Counted from the whole stretch's first letter, positions 12,119-27,200 are shown. The stretch is DNA of 62,916 nt, filler included, from Choristocarpus tenellus KU-1152 (GCA_964200185.2; 12 parts of 12 records of this genome joined end to end with filler, not necessarily neighbours in it); one strand, 5' to 3'. Numbers and translations: made by a program. The notes: generated by a model not told the origin, from the sequence alone.

Positions 12119-13549
12119 GTGAGTGTGGTTGGTGGAGGGGCTTTAGGGCGGGGACCGGGGGGGCGGGGGCGGGGACCACGTACAGACAGGGAGTTAGAGT
12201 AGTAGTAACTGAGTAAATGTTGGTAGTACCTCTTTATGGAGATATGTTCCACTGGAAGATTTGTACATTTATCATGCCATGCCGCCAGTAAGGCAATGAT
12301 GTGCACCCGACTACAGGAGCACACACCCATATGCGCATGTGTACTTGTAGATGCCCACATGCCCACATACCCTNNNNNNNNNNNNNNNNNNNNNNNNNNN
12401 NNNNNNNNNNNNNNNNNTTAATTAATTAANNNNNNNNNNNNNNNNNNNNNNNNNNNNNNNNNNNNNNNNNNNNGGGGGGGGGGGTGGGGGGGGGGGGGGG
12501 GGGTGGTGGGGGGGGGGGGGGGCGGGGGGGGGGGGGGGGGGGGGTAACCCTATTTCTCCCTTTGTACTTGAATGTATATACTATTGAGGCACAGAGCTAC
12601 TGTGTCCAACGAGTGCCCCTCTGACGCCGCCAGGCAGTCCAGCATCTGCGCACTGCCCCCCCCCTGACCACCTGGTGAACAAAGCTAAGCTGGACACAGC
12701 TGAGTAGTACCAGCATCAGGAGGGCACCATTGTCAAACAGGGTGGGCGATGCCAAGAGAACTACCCACAGAGTCATGATGAATGCCTGACACCACATGGA
12801 ATGGTAGGGGAAGGGGGCAGTGGCGGAATCAGCTGTATGATAGGGGAGGTGGAAGTTTGCAGAGTGGACGGGGGGGTGGGGGAGTAGGTCTTCATGCCAA
12901 AAGTAAACAGAAATTACTGCTGTAGTCTTGTTGCACTCATTGACAATGGAGACTGAAGGTTAAATTAGGATTGAGGATAGAGAATGCACACTCAATGAAT
13001 TGGCATTTGCACAAAACTCAACAGGATTCCCCTCTGAAGTAGTACAAAACTAGGCGTCATTGATGGTAAGTCCCACGTCACAAGAAACGCCTCACAAACG
13101 ATTGCACTTGATACACACTCTCAACTATACTTCGCACTCCAAAATGTCAACACAATGCACTTCAAATTTCGTGTATATACAGTTGATGGCATTTGTACAC
13201 TTGGGAAATGGCCCCCTCAGGATGTGCATCAGATACCACAACACTCACCAGCAGCAGGGCACAGCCTATCACCATCCCAAATGGAGAAGTCTGGTCGTTT
13301 GCTAGGTTTGTTCCTACCAAAGGGTAAAGGGTCGAGGCAGAAAAAACAAATTGGGGTTGATAGTAAGGGCGGGTATATATAAACAAATATCCATACACTT
13401 CAAGGTGTGCATCTTTCCAGTCAGCATGAGAAAAGTGTTGTAGATCAGGAAAGGGACGAACCATATTCGCAATTGGTGTGATTGTGGTCATTTTACTCAC
13501 ATTTTTCTTGGCTATTGCGATTTGAGGAAATGACCACAACTCTCTATAG

Positions 13550-14800
13550 ATCAACAATGAGTGCTGCTCTGTAGCCTCTCAAAACCCAAAACCATTGGGC
13601 TGCCAGATAGCCTGTTATGTAAGCTGCTTAACGCCACAGTAATATCCCATCCTGAAAAAACACTGCAACCTCCCTCTCCAATCCAATTTCTTTCACCCCA
13701 CTCCTGAACCCTGGCCCTTGATTGAATTACCAACATACACACACACATACACAATGGCTCCCGCTTACCTGAAGGCGTTGGCACATGAGCTGCAGCTCTT
13801 GGTCCAGGCGAACTGATCATGACATGCAGGTAGGTACCACTGGCTATGTTGTGTGATCCCATTTTAGTGTTGTCCATTAGCTCACGACCCTGTTGGATGA
13901 GGCGGCACTGGAGGTAGTTTGTTGTTAAGGCCAACAAGTTATTTGGGTATGTATCCAAGCAGGAGAAGTCAGCAGCAGGAAAGAAGGGTGAGAGCAGCAT
14001 GGGTGCGGGGAGGGGAGGGAAACAAGGAGTCAGTTTCGTTGAGAAGTGACTTTGATCCATTGTGCCTAAGGATCTTACAGGAATTCTGGATATATTGAAG
14101 AGAGCAGTGTGTGCATCCAGTTGCCCAAAATGAAGTCGGAGTTGAGTACAATTGAGAAATAGCTTTGGCCCACTGTGCCTAGGTATCTTCCAGGAATTCT
14201 GAACTTACTGAAGAGGGTAGTGTGTGTTTGCAGATGTCTACTGTACGCCAGTTCAGTTTGTTTGTAGGGATATTTTCGAAACCTTGCGGCAAGGACGGGT
14301 TGACGGGGTAGGTACTGTGACCGTGGACTGAAAAGATACTCTTACAGGTTTGAACAGTAGTTCGACAAGTTGGGCTCACTTACACTTTCTCTTCTATCCT
14401 GGGTGGGTGCACATAGATTAAGAACATCATCTCAAATATCGTTCCTTCTACTATGGTCCCACATAGACAAAACTGAGGCCTTGACTCGTTAGTAGGTGTG
14501 GCAAAGGCATGTCATCTAAATATGACAGCTAAGGAGGTTTGAGAGCCGGCAGTCCTAGACTTTCAAAAAGAGGATGTAAGAAATCAGGATTGCCTACCCG
14601 CGCATCACTTGTCGTTAAAATCTAGAGAGCAATCATAGGTGCTGTAAAGTCAAAAGGCCCAGTTAATCTACTTCAAAACTGCTCACCTGCCTCCCCTCTC
14701 TTATCTCCGACCCCCACACTCGCTTCTTGAACTGAAGAACCGTCTCATTGCCATCGAACTGCAACAGAGGCAAACCATAGGAGTCAGATCGGACAATATC
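13550..14800 (-). mobile_element. Decayed non-LTR retrotransposon RT remnant (possibly CRE-like)
   Basis: Minus strand reads SYLDDM at ~14508-14525, preceded by a degenerate QGDPLxPLLF-like stretch. Downstream 'SSPGPRAAAH' resembles a post-RT motif. Many stops and frameshifts; boundaries approximate. Confidence 0.45.
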
Positions 14801-15435
14801 TCGTCACCATTCCATGATCAAAAATACAGAACTACTACATCTCATCAAAATATCCGTTTGGAAAGCTTAGGATGGCAAGGGGAACAGGATCTCAGGCGAC
14901 CTCAATAGGAATAACATTGTAGTGCTGCTATTGTGGTAGTAGTTCAGTTTTCCACTCTTGCTTTCTCTGCGTAACACGCCTCAACACTGCAAAAGAGACT
15001 CCTTCGATGCGATGAAAAAAAGTGATTGCAAGATACCTGGTGTTTAGTTGTAGATTCTCCACGTCCTCTTACAAAGACTTCCACGCCACTTTGTTGCATG
15101 GGGCATGGGGGGTTGACGCTCGTGCTTCGCGTGTATAAATATTTCCTGTACCTACTACTGCTAGCACTACTGCTCTACTAGACAGCTGTCATACTATAGC
15201 AAGAGTAATATAGTAGTTGGAATGTTGTGGGTTTCTATTATACTTCGTGGGATTGGATGGGGTTGGAGTGTGTCGGTTGGGGTGAAGTTGGGGGTAGATC
15301 TGTTGATGACGAGGGAGGGAGATGTGTCCCTCTCAATCTAGAAGAGGAGAGTTAGTGGGTTCACCTCACCTGCTGCCGATCTCACCGAGGGGGAAGATGA
15401 GGGAGGTCGCCGAGGCTAGGAGGAAAGGGATCGTC

Positions 15436-15971
15436 ATGCCATTTTGTACATTTGTCCTTCTATTTTCTGTTGCTGTTACAGTAAGTGCGTTGCACGATAC
15501 CCTACGAGATATCCTTGTTCACATGGGGATGTGGATAGGGTCTCGTGCATATGACCTGAAAGCCAGGGGGGTCATATCAGATATGGTGAGAGACACTGGG
15601 TTTGAATTATCTGCTCGGGAAGGTGTGGGGTGGGCTGCAATAGTTGGATCTGAGGGTTCACGACCTAGCGTTGTTCCTTGTCCTAAGCTTAACGTTTTGG
15701 AAATAGGTGTCCTGAAGATATCCTTTCTCTTATCGTGAGGTATTGTTGGACTTATCCACTCCTTGTCTTGTGCACTATATCGTGTTACAATTACCGCTCT
15801 TTGTATCTAAAGGTGGAACCCATGGCTTTCGCCGCCTCCTCCAGCATGGAAGAGGAGGTGCACGACTGGAGGTTAGCCTGGGATGAAACACTAAGAATGA
15901 CGGAGAGCCTGGAGAGTGAGGCCATGGGTTTCCGTGCCACTCAGTTAGCGCTGCAGAAAGGTCTTACTAAG
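15436..15971 (+). CDS. Hypothetical protein, two 5' exons (15436-15480, 15813-15971); start may lie further upstream
   Basis: MPFCTFVLLFSVAVT|gtaagt ... aag|VEPMAFAASSSMEEEVHDWRLAWDETLRMTESLESEAMGFRATQLALQKGLTK|gt. Phase-0 join; hydrophobic signal-like N-terminus. Confidence 0.5.
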
Positions 15972-16289
15972 GTGCTCCATTCATATATATTTATGTATTT
16001 ATAGCTGTATGTTCCTTGACAACCACCCTCTTCATTGTGGACAATTGAAGGTTGGAGGACACCCCCACACCCCGCTAGCTGCAGCATAGAGCACTAGGGT
16101 TGAATAGCCTCCATTGTTTCCCCCCCCCCCACCCCCATGCCAAGACCTGGAGACGCCTACAAATCTTAGTCGAGCAGGTACTACAGTTGNNNNNNNNNNN
16201 NNNNNNNNNNNNNNNNNNNNNNNNNNNNNNNNNTTAATTAATTAANNNNNNNNNNNNNNNNNNNNNNNNNNNNNNNNNNNNNNNNNNNN

Positions 16290-16463
16290 CAAAGTATCTG
16301 CGGGGGGGGGGGGGGCTACACGAGGGTGTCCATTTTGGACCAAATCAGGAAAAGGGCATTTACATTATCCATCCAACGTATTCAACCAAATCACCCAAAA
16401 ATTGCGACATAAAAAAATTGACCCCAAATGGACAGCCGCCACCCCCCCCAGATACTTTGAGCC
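16290..16463. mobile_element. Poly-G-TIR MITE copy, inserted in a copia protease region
   Basis: CAAAGTATCTG(G)n ... (C)nAGATACTTTGAGCC. Interior is the reverse complement of the copies at 28144 and 35864. Confidence 0.85.
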
Positions 16464-17900
16464 TTCATGGTGACTGTGTATGCTACTTCCTTTTTCTCTG
16501 GCATCAGTACAATCTCTATCCAGCCCCATCCAGCAAAGCGGTGTTCCTTTCCATCGCCCGCAACCACCTTGTTTCCATGTGCATTCTTCATCCAACCTCT
16601 AACACCAGCAACAAAAAAATCATGTGACCACTTGCTCCGGTATCAAAAGTCCGTTCTTCAGCATCGATTGGTCTCAACCGAGTCACACTCTGTGTCATCA
16701 GAAACTACAAAGCTCCCCTGCTTCTTCACGTTCTCATCCCAACATTTATGTCACATGAGGTATCACCTTGAGCATTCTTGCTCCCATCGGTATTATCATC
16801 GTCACCACCATTTCCTGCACCTACACTAGCACCACACAACCACGATCTCCTGGGCTCCTTTGCCGTTGCTACAGTACCACACCCTGCCTCCTGACCATCA
16901 AACCTGCTGTAGTTCTCTCTTGATGGGCAGCTATCTCCGTCTTCATCTACGGAGCCAGTGGACAAGGTCCTGTTCTAACTCTGACTTGGTTGAAGTAGTC
17001 GCCGTCATAAACAATGTGCGCCTCTCCAGTTTGTACTCTTCTAACAGTCCACCCAGAACAGTCACATTGAGTTCTTCGTCAGAAATTGGCCTTCCCACGA
17101 GTTTTTTTTATTACATTTTCCTACTCCAAAATGTTTCAAATTAGGAAAATGTAGACATTATGGAAAGGTGTTACAGAACAAGGATATTGACACTTCCTAA
17201 CAAACACGATAGTCAAAATTACATCATAGTCGCAACATTGGATTTTGGCCCCTGAACGGACGTGGCTCTACCCTCTAAAAGATACTTTGACTCATTACAA
17301 TGGTTCTCTGACCCATTGCGGTCAGTCTCCTTGCAAACCAACGCACCTTTAGCACGTATGGTTGGGGCTCGTCCCCTGGTCCAAGCCTGCTCAATCGGAA
17401 CTTGTCCCTAACTCTGAGTCTCTCATCCAAGGTTCATGGTTTGTAGCAGTCAATTAATGCATCCATGGTGTTTCTTGGTGTCTCTTGTCCCATTACATTT
17501 TCCAGGGCCATCCTCTTACACCCATTCAGAAGGGCCATCCACTCCCTGTTACAGATATCCCAATCATCTGTGTTCCCTCGATCTGCTCCCTCCTGCAGAT
17601 GGTCCGGCTCTCCACTGAAAACGCGGGATGTCCTAGTCGCCAATAAAAATGTGTGCAAAAGATTTTTCCACACAACCCATTCATCTGTCTCTCCATTCCA
17701 CACAGGTACCTCCAACCTGTATGCTGAATCCCCCCTGCCCCTATTTAGGGGTTGTGGTTGTCCCTGCTGCTCCTGTTGTACCACCTACCCTACCACAGCA
17801 TGCCCTCCATGCTGGACCAAGACCACATGCTCTCCTAGCTGTGCCTCGACCCTCTCTGCCAGTCCTGATTCACCAGATGCCTAAATTTCTACCATGTCTC
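16464..17900 (-). mobile_element. Ty1/copia gag-protease remnant
   Basis: Gag-like VPVWNGETDEWVVWKNLLHTFL..WMALLNGC..ALIDCYKP. Protease motif FDTGASGHM at ~16620-16647, followed by KVVAGDGKEHRFAGWGWIEI. Frame is broken. Confidence 0.75.
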
Positions 17901-18499
17901 GCTTACCTCCCATAGCCGTGACATCCCTGACTCTTTCTGCTGCTGCCTCCTCAAATCATTTCAGTTAATGCAGTACCTCCCTATCCGTAGTGCACTTTAC
18001 AGAAGATAGCTTTTGTTTCAAAATGTCTTCGCATGCCAAAAGAATGTGCGCAACTAACCTTGGAAGGTATTGCTGTTTGATCAGTAGTGAAGACAAGAAG
18101 GTGTGGAGCCTCACGCGATTCCCCATTGCTGAATATGTTTACATGGTTGACCTTGTGGGGTGTCTTCTTATTGCTTATTTCTTTATTATTACTTACGTCT
18201 CATACTCAATCCAATGCCAAAATCTCACACACAAAAAAATAGGGTACAACTTACTATTGTCCTATCTCTACACAGAATGTCCTGCCTCACCACAAAGAAG
18301 GTGATGCGCTGCTTATGTTATCAAAAAGGCTCATTTAAAACTACAAGATTTTGCTAATAAATCTATCCTCTTATCCTAAACTCGTATTTTTAACATCTAC
18401 TTTTTGGGAAAGTAGATTTTTAGCTATTGTGATATTTCTTTCTACCTTACCCCTAGCTTCTGCAGCCTGCAATTCATCTCTATCGTTATAGAGTTTCTT

Positions 18500-19700
18500 C
18501 ATGTCGAATACGCTTTATTGATTTACAGTCAAGGGTGACTTGTTACCTAAACAAAGGGGGGTTGTTGTCCTACCCTTCATAATCATACTAATGACACTAT
18601 CTCGCCACATAACTTTTATTACTTCATTTATACTAATAGCAACATTGAGTGTGCACAATACTACAACACGTTTCCCTATGCAAACAAGTTTCTCCATACT
18701 GGAGCACCTCAAACCCACCATACTTTGTATTTCTAGAGCTAGGAACATTGCCCAAGTTTTTAGGGTTCTGGATGCTAGAGTGCAGAGTCAAATGCAGCGA
18801 CATGCTCATGATTTCAGATCACACAACTGATTTCTCAAGACCAACATAAAAGTGCATTGACATTCCTGCACAAACTCTATTTCAATACTACAAAGCACTT
18901 CACCAATGAAATATCCCCCATGATCTCAGTATGAATATTTTTGGCAATCTTGGCATTACTCCAACAGGGCCGATATTTCTGATCATCTCCGTAAGAAGTG
19001 ATTCAACAAACAAACTACTACATCGTATGAAATAGAATGAAAGGCCTTGCACAGTTGCCAAAGGGTTTTAGTGATACCCAGTAGCCCACAGGCACACGCC
19101 ACTGACCACCTCGACTGGTTAAGTATGATTGATGAAATGCTACAAAAAAAGTGGTAGGATAGTGATAGGATGGTATCATACAGACATCCTATGTGCTCAT
19201 GACTTGTACACATGTACCCTTGCTAAAATATTGGACTAGGAATGTGAACTCTTTCCATGTTTCCATATTGTAGGTTCACGTACAGGGTGGGGAGGCAATA
19301 CCATGCGAGATAAAAATGATTTGTCACTGAACAGCAATGACTTCCTGACAAATAGCTCGCTGCTTCATATTATCACAGATAAAGAGCTTACCGAGCAATG
19401 ATGTGATTGTTCAAAGTCCCTAAGGCGAACCGCCAAGGTTCAAGCAATTGTCATTGGGATGTGCTCAAAAGTTCGTATTCAACAGCAAAAAGTCAGGTAC
19501 AGCAGTTCATAAAGTCAGAAAAAAAGGTATGTTGAATACTAGACACACATAGTCCCATCATGGGAAGTTAATCTACGGGCACAGAGAGAGGTTACAACTT
19601 GTAACCAACCTGAAGAGTGGTGATAAACACATGTTTTGAGTGAACTGTAGTCTCAATCCTCCTCACGGTTAGCAAAAATATCCATCCAAAGAATTACAAT
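18500..19700 (-). mobile_element. Heavily decayed LINE-type RT remnant
   Basis: 'LCKAFHSISYDVVVCLL' (~19005-19055) resembles the D(L/F)xKAFDSV motif of non-LTR RT. Boundaries approximate. Confidence 0.4.
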
Positions 19701-20315
19701 GATCTGGAAAGGGTGACCATCCTTGTGACTTGCTGTGTAAAGATATAATTGAATAGAAGAACTGGTGATGCTATAAACAAATGTTCACTGAAGTGAGGAG
19801 GTCATGACCTACACAACAAATTTCAATTTGTTCCACAAATGTTGAAATATATATCAACTGCCTTAGAGGGGATTGTGGACATTCACTATGCTCTGAACCA
19901 TTACCAGTCCATATGTTTTTCCTTTGGTGAAGGTTGAGTGACCATCTACAGAACCATACACAGCCTACCTTGAGCAAATAACTCGAAGGAATATAGGTTT
20001 GATCTTCAAGACGCAATCATGCAGCATCCACAGGAAGGCCACTACAAGTAAACATTGACCTACTTCTAGGGGTGAGCATACACCTTCCAAAAATAATTTT
20101 ATTACCGGTTGAAATGTAGCAACAAAGTAACTCTATACTTCAACAGAAAAAAAGGTAGGGAGTGTGCTGATGTGCTTGAGGAGGGGTTCCTGCGCGTCCG
20201 TGTGCCCAAACAAAAGCATAAAACAAGTTTTATAATCTTCAGAAGCTCCATTAGTCCCAAGCACAACAAAGGACAAATATACACACACATACATACATGC
20301 AAGTACACAAAACTC

Positions 20316-22607
20316 CTAGCTTTTTTTCCGAGCCATGTATCGCTCCTTCGCTGCCCTAATTGCTGCTTCCTTTTTTAGCCTAGCTTCTGTTACCTTCCTC
20401 TCCTTCTCAGCCACTGCATCAACAGCACTATTTTCCGCCAACACCTCTGTTGACGAAACAGTGTTTGAAGTAGACTCCCCCTCCCCTGCCCTCACTCTAT
20501 CATTCTTCCCCATCCCTTCTCCAGCCTCTGGCCCCCAACGCGGTCGCTTGCCTCCCGATCCATTATCATACCCCAAGTCGCCTGCATTCTCCTCAACAAA
20601 ACGAACTCCACTATCACCCCTCTCCACATCCTTCCATTGGCAATGTTGCGTTTCGACTTCTGACTGTTTGCCCTCAACTTTATCTTTTTGATAACCCTTT
20701 CTTTTCCCCTCCCCCCTGGTATCCCCATCCCCAGTAACTCCATCTCCCTCTCCTCGATGCCCTTCACCCACTGTTCCCTGCTGATCATTCTCTGCTCTTT
20801 CACTACGACCAGAATCCTGCAATCCCCGAGGGTCTCGCATCCTTGCACTGGGCACTAACATATCCTTGTCAGCATCGCTATTGCCTCCCTCCCCCTCTTT
20901 CCTAGTCATCTTTTGTTCTTGCTGCCCATTGCTCTCATCCCTCCCTTTCCCTTTTTCATCCCATTCGCCCGCCCTTCCCCCAGCCATTCCTGCCTCCATA
21001 TCATACAGGGTAGTTGCCTGGTGCCGCTTTGAGCCTGTGGTGAAGGCACTCTGGGCAAGCTTGTCAACATCCCCTCCCATGGCAATGTTCTTCGACATGA
21101 GGTTTGAGTAGAAGCTGTGAAAAACGGCCGGAAAACAGGAACAGCAGGGGTGAAACTAGTTTGCGCAGGTAGGGAAGCATGAAATGACAATATTTATTGG
21201 AGAGATGGCAAGGCTCAGGAGAACATGGATGATGGGCCCTCACTCCTATCAACTTCTCACATGCCAAAAAAAACATCCAGAAGTCACTATGAGCATCACC
21301 AACTCAAATCAAAGTTGCAACATATTGTACGCACACCAGTTTTGAGGATCTCTGTCAATAATAAAGCCTACCCCTTCCCATACTCCCTTGCACCCTCACA
21401 GCTCAGTCCTGTCTGTGACACTCTTCTGTCCAGCCCCTCAAGGCTGAATGGGGCAAGGGCAATATGCTAGAGAATTGCCTCACACATTCATAGCCAAGGG
21501 GGAAACTGGTTTCCTATTCCACATAATAGAGAATGGTACGGTTAGGTCAGGGGAAGTGAAGTAAGATGTGCCATTTCGCTGAGTCCTTCTGTACCTGCTC
21601 ATGCCTGCCTTCTCAACACCCATCCTTGTCTCCCGTTCCACCTCCAGTTGCTGTTGAAGCTCCCACTTCTTTTGCTCCATCAGTTTCTTCTTGTACGATG
21701 AGGTGACAAATTTCATCGTTGCCTCACCCTCTACCTGGTGGAGCGGGGTTTCAGTGAAATAGGACTGTGTGCCAAGAGTTTGGACAAAGGAATGCGGAAG
21801 TGAGAAGACGGCATAGACTTTGCTTGTGCCTTGTCACAATCTAAAAATATCACATCAAAAATTGTTATGAGTGGGAGACCAGGGTCAAGGAGAAATCAGC
21901 TACGAGAAAGCACGAGGCGATGGTTAAGTAAGGATCTCTTTCCAAACTCTCTAACCTTGTCCTGCTCCTCTCGTTCTTTCTGTAGTTTTCTGTCAAAAAT
22001 ACGATCGGCTTCCACTTTACGAAGTTCAGCTTGCTTCAGGAGGTTCCCGATATATTTTGGTTGATGCTTCTCCTTCTCCCTCGCAATCTCTGCAGAGACC
22101 TTCTTTTGCTCGCCACTGAAGTATGAGGGGATAAAAATTTCAACGGGGGAGTCAATTCGGACGGGCTTATGGTTTGTTCTTGTCGCCTCAGATATCGCTG
22201 TAAACAGAGGAGACCTTGTTAAATCAATGAGGATAATAAGGTACACAGCGACTGAGAAACATCTAGATGAATCACCTCTCTTTCATGGCATCATACACTC
22301 TGTCGTAGTCGAATAACGTTGGATTCTCTGCCATGGCTGCAGCATACTCCTTCTCTGCTCGTGCATCCTGCTTGGCGGCAACAGCAGCAAGCCGTCGATT
22401 CACTGCCTTGACTCCGTTTGGATCCTCCCTCTCTCTGCCAGTGCCATCATCATCATCACCGTCCGATTCTGCTCCAAAGATTGCTGAAGCTTCGGTGTTT
22501 GGGAATCGTCTTTGGGGTGGGGGTTTGCCAGTAACCCTTGCCCCTCCAGTCTTCTTTATAGAAGAGGCACTACCTATAAGTCCGAACTTCCGCCCAGTCT
22601 TACGCAT
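20316..22607 (-). CDS. NSRP1: Nuclear speckle splicing regulatory protein 1 (CCDC55/DUF2040 family), complete: 4 exons 22607-22276, 22115-21956, 21734-21595, 21114-20316; 476 aa
   Basis: Family motifs ENPTLFDYDRVYDAMK, PKYIGNLLKQAELRK, KFVTSSYKKKL, SFYSNL and C-terminal AAKERYMARK. GT-AG introns in phase; spliced length 1431 nt including the stop. Confidence 0.92.
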
Positions 22608-24260
22608 AGCAATACTTTTTACTTCCCTTGCGCTTTATTTCAACGCTTGGAGATGCCACAGGTCCTACCTTTGCACAACAGGGATACCCCAAAACAAAAG
22701 TGAAAGAGGTCAAGTACATACAGGTGCAAGTGATGTACACATGGTTTTCATTAACCCGAGTAAATGTGAAGGGACCAGTCAGTTACCCTAATAAACATCT
22801 TGTACATCAATATATTGATATATATGTCTAACACAACCAGACCAGAACCACAAAATATTTGAATGTCTGGTCCACAGTTCCGACAAGTTCCATTATTCTT
22901 TTTGGTACACATGTCCAAAAAAGAGAACAGAAGGTCCACTAAGTGTTGAGACCTGTCCTCTCTCTAAAGGTCAGACTGAGATTGCACCCTTACCGAGGTG
23001 TGGGTGTGTGTCAGGCCTCATTAACACGTCCGATATTTTTTCATAATCATATAGTGAGGATGGGGGTGACTGAAGATCACATGTTGAAAAGGAATTTACT
23101 CACACAAGACGTAGTTGAGATGAATGGAAACATATAAATTGTTGACAAAAGTACCTCAACCCGTCTTATCTGTAGGTTGGAAAAAATAAACAACAATAGG
23201 TGGTCGTCAACTATTCCAACAGGGGCCGCCCAGAGGTTGACCTGGTACAATACAATATGTTCTACCATGACCGATCCATGGTTGTCAACTTTTCCAACGC
23301 GTGGCCCAGCGCATTATCAACATATTCTAATAGGAACTGTCCATACATAATAGGTGTCAACTATTTCAAGACCTCTGGACCACAGGTCAGCCTGCGGACA
23401 TTGCCTCTACCCAGTTCAAATTGTCTGTTGTTCGCTGTGACACTGCTTCCTCCTTTGATTGTTGGATCTTAGGCATGCCTCAAGTTGAAGACCTTTTATA
23501 TCTTATTTTTATTTTTTATAAAACATTTTCTAAACCACACCCACAACTGTCCCTCCAAGTAGAACTCCAAACCATGTTGAGATTTGGAAGTGACCATGTA
23601 GGTGGATGAATATAATAGAATTAATCCCAAATCCTTGATCATAATAGTTTCAACTCTACAAACACTAACATCATACAGACAGAAACGTAGAAACGTTCCT
23701 TTGGAATACACCGCATCAAACAAATCTTGTTCTATCCCACCACATGTACTACATTAAACAACCCCAATGAGTCTCTGTAACGTGACATGTCAACACAGTA
23801 ACACCTCGAAAATGCCAACTCTTCAAACAGATGGAAATCCCTGGTATGGAGAGTATAACAAGTTTTACTTTCCAAAGGCCTTTCAATATATATGTTTCTC
23901 TGTAGCATTAATATTATAACAGTAATTCTGTTTTTTTTTATACTGAATTTATAATTTTGTCTACACCACTACCTTTTTTTAATAGGAACCTAAATTATTC
24001 CATTGTAAGTAATGGAGTATCTGAAACCAGAAAAAAGACGAGAAACGGATTATTGCAACGCACAGCTGAAACTGGGGGGGGCCAGAAACAATGCAAGAAC
24101 CCCACAATTTGGTCAATCCCCACCTTACCCACCGACCAGGTGTCTCCGACTTGAAGAGCATTACCTCGGAATGACATTGCCACTTCTGCCGTTCTGTTAG
24201 GGACTCACAAATCTGTCACTGACATTTCTTCACCGCTTACTTCTAAAACCCCCATCGAGT

Positions 24261-24283
24261 GGGTCAAAGTATATCTGGGGGGG
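24261..24283. mobile_element. Poly-G MITE TIR at contig end
   Basis: GGGTCAAAGTATATCTGGGGGGG then linker. Confidence 0.7.
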
Positions 24284-27200
24284 NNNNNNNNNNNNNNNNN
24301 NNNNNNNNNNNNNNNNNNNNNNNNNNNTTAATTAATTAANNNNNNNNNNNNNNNNNNNNNNNNNNNNNNNNNNNNNNNNNNNNGGGGGGTGGGTTAGTTG
24401 CTAACCTTTTGTTCCTTTCCATTGCTAAATGAGACATACCACTAACAGCCATGCCAAGGGAGCATATTAATATTTTTTTTTGTTAGGGTTGGGATTGGAG
24501 TGGGTTGCAGTTAGAAAAAGGTGAATGAAAGCTTGAGGGTATGTATTGGTATTTACTGTGAGCTCTTTGCTACACAGGTCGTTGGAGGGAAAAGTACGAT
24601 CGACTCTCATGGTGCGTTGTGTTGTTGGGGCTATACACTTTGAATTGCAATTTTTGACTGGTTTTTAAGGTTTTATGTCTCTCACGTCTTTTATGCCAAT
24701 GCTAAGTGGGTCACGGTCTGTTGATCCGTTGCTTTGTTACGAGAATTGCCGTTGGATCTCTCTATATCACCGACCTGTCACTTAAACGCCACTGTGTTTT
24801 GTTCTGGATCGTAGCATCTAGAAATAGGAGGGCGGAATATGGGAATAGGAATTTATCAGTTTGCCGTCGTAGTGTGACAAGTGTGTGACACAACCCGGCC
24901 GATGTGTGGGTCCCATGAATACTGCATGTCGATGAATCCATCCAGTGTAGAAAGATAGGTTGTGCCATTTTAGTTGGCGGGATGGTACTGGAGGAGATTG
25001 GGGGCAAACGAGAAGGTTTTTGTTGTTTTTGTTGTTTTTGTTGCTTGACTATTTATCATCTATTACATGACCTGGTAGATGGTGTCCTGTGGTTCGTGCT
25101 GGGTAAGAACACTGTTGTATCGTAGAAAAAAAATATATATCTAGATCACCCACCACTTGTGCGGAAGAGCTTGGACATGCGTGGGTAGACATGGATGATA
25201 CCCAGTGTACACTTTGGTTTGAGGTTGGTTGAGGTCTTTGGCGAGGGGTATGTCCTTCAGGTTGCCAACACTCCTTCGCATCAGTGCCGAGTATATTTGT
25301 CAAGGAATTGAGTGCTAGGTCAAATGCCTGCAAGGATCTTTGTCATCAAGGGAGCTGAGTAGGACGGCCTGGTTGGATGATGAGCAGGAAGTGGGGAAAA
25401 TAATTGGGGGCGTTTTCTGTGGGGTATACTGCATGCTGAGAACACAGGCATTGTGTCAAAGACACGGATATCTTTCGCCATGATGATGATAGTGATGCAA
25501 AATAGTACAGTGCAGGTGTCCTGATCGCGTTGGTTTGACACTGTCCAAAATTTGAAGGGATACAAAGACCATGTCCTTTTCACCTCCTGAGACAGTATCA
25601 AACAAGGCCCAAATTTCAGGCAGTGGACCAGAGATACAAGCAGACCGACAGGTTGTTTATCTTGGAGAGCAATCATCAATGATGCTGCAGTCACCTCTAA
25701 GAGATCCAACTGGAGGACTCAAACGACCAAGGGAATATTTTTGCAAGTACAGACATCAGCTCTCGGACTGAACCATGGGCCTATCGCTTGAGCTCTTTGA
25801 GTACAGTAGCTCTAGGCGAAAGTACTTGAAGTCCTGCTGTATGACTCTGTGGTGGATACTTCGCCCGGAATACCATTCCAACCTCTGTACCCTACACCAC
25901 ACCACACTTCAGGACGTAGGTGATTGAAATGTTCACACATGACGCACCAATCACAAATCTCGATTCAGATATGCTTTGTGGAGACTGGGTTGTACAGTGT
26001 TGAGTTAACTTACTTGGCAGAAACAGAGGCTCTAGTACATGAGGCTGGTGTGGCACGTAAGGGGTCCGAGCAACTACTCCAGATTTTGATGCTTGGAAAA
26101 CTTGCTGGCAAAAAGAGTGACCGTCGCGGACAGGAGGGGAAGTAATGGTAGGCGTCTTTCCAAGATAATTGTCTGTGCCTTGAGATCCCTGTATCAGGGT
26201 GGAAAACAAGTGTAACAAAGTAACATGGGTGGTGCGGACGCATGGTAGCACTCAATGGGCACCTGGCCTGCCAAGGAAACCAAGAAGGCTGGATCTTGTC
26301 GTTCCAAAGCAGCTGAGACAGCCATTAACTCTTTTATCAGCTGTCCACTGATTGTATTGATTGGTATTGGGGAGGGATATATGTATGAAATGTGGTGTCC
26401 AGGTGGGATGATGCCCTCCTGGGCGTGACCTTTTTTTATAGTAGTGGTGTTGACGTATGGATGTTGACCTATCTTCTCTTGATGTAAATGACTCGACCAA
26501 TTTCAATTATTATTTGTGAGCCTACTTTTTTTGTATTTTTTTATTCTTCTCTCTAGCCTACTGTTATGTTTTCCTCGTCCCTATGCTACTACCTTTGACA
26601 ACGGGTCTGAGGGGAGCTCAGACATATGATATTTATGCTGCTGTAGTATTTGCGAACAATATTGCTACAAGAAAGAAATGTTTGCAGTGTTGATACTTTG
26701 CACTGTATATTAATTTATCAGTTGTTTCATGTATACTGTCGGACTCGTCCTCTGTCAGACCACTGCCAAAACCCTTTCTGATATCCAGAGCTGCTGCCTG
26801 TCCCTCTGCTAACCACACTACCGCCTCCTTTCCCTATTCCTACCTTCCTTGTGGTGTTCATCCTGCTTGCCATCCTGCTGTCGAACTCCTGGAAGTCATT
26901 TTGAGGTCTAGAATTTTGTCTCTTCCGAGAACTTGGCAAGGAATGAGTTTGGTGTGTTTGGTCAGCAATAAATTATAGAGCGTGCAAGAGAGCAATTAGT
27001 AGGTGAAACTATGCCCATAGTTTTGTGACTGTGGCTGTTCACCTGTACATTAAACATGAATTGAGGCGAACTGGTTGCCAGAGGGGGCACAGGACTTTCT
27101 CTTGAGTTGGTTCATTTTTTGGTCGGTGATGATGTGTTTGATTGCTGATGAAAATAATGTCCAACTATTTTCGTCAACTTATCGACTGTTATCTCAGCAC

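Noticed and set aside
24880-26940. Protein-like minus-strand fragments suggesting a decayed transposon
   Set aside because: No diagnostic RT, integrase, recombinase or transposase motif could be read; left unannotated.
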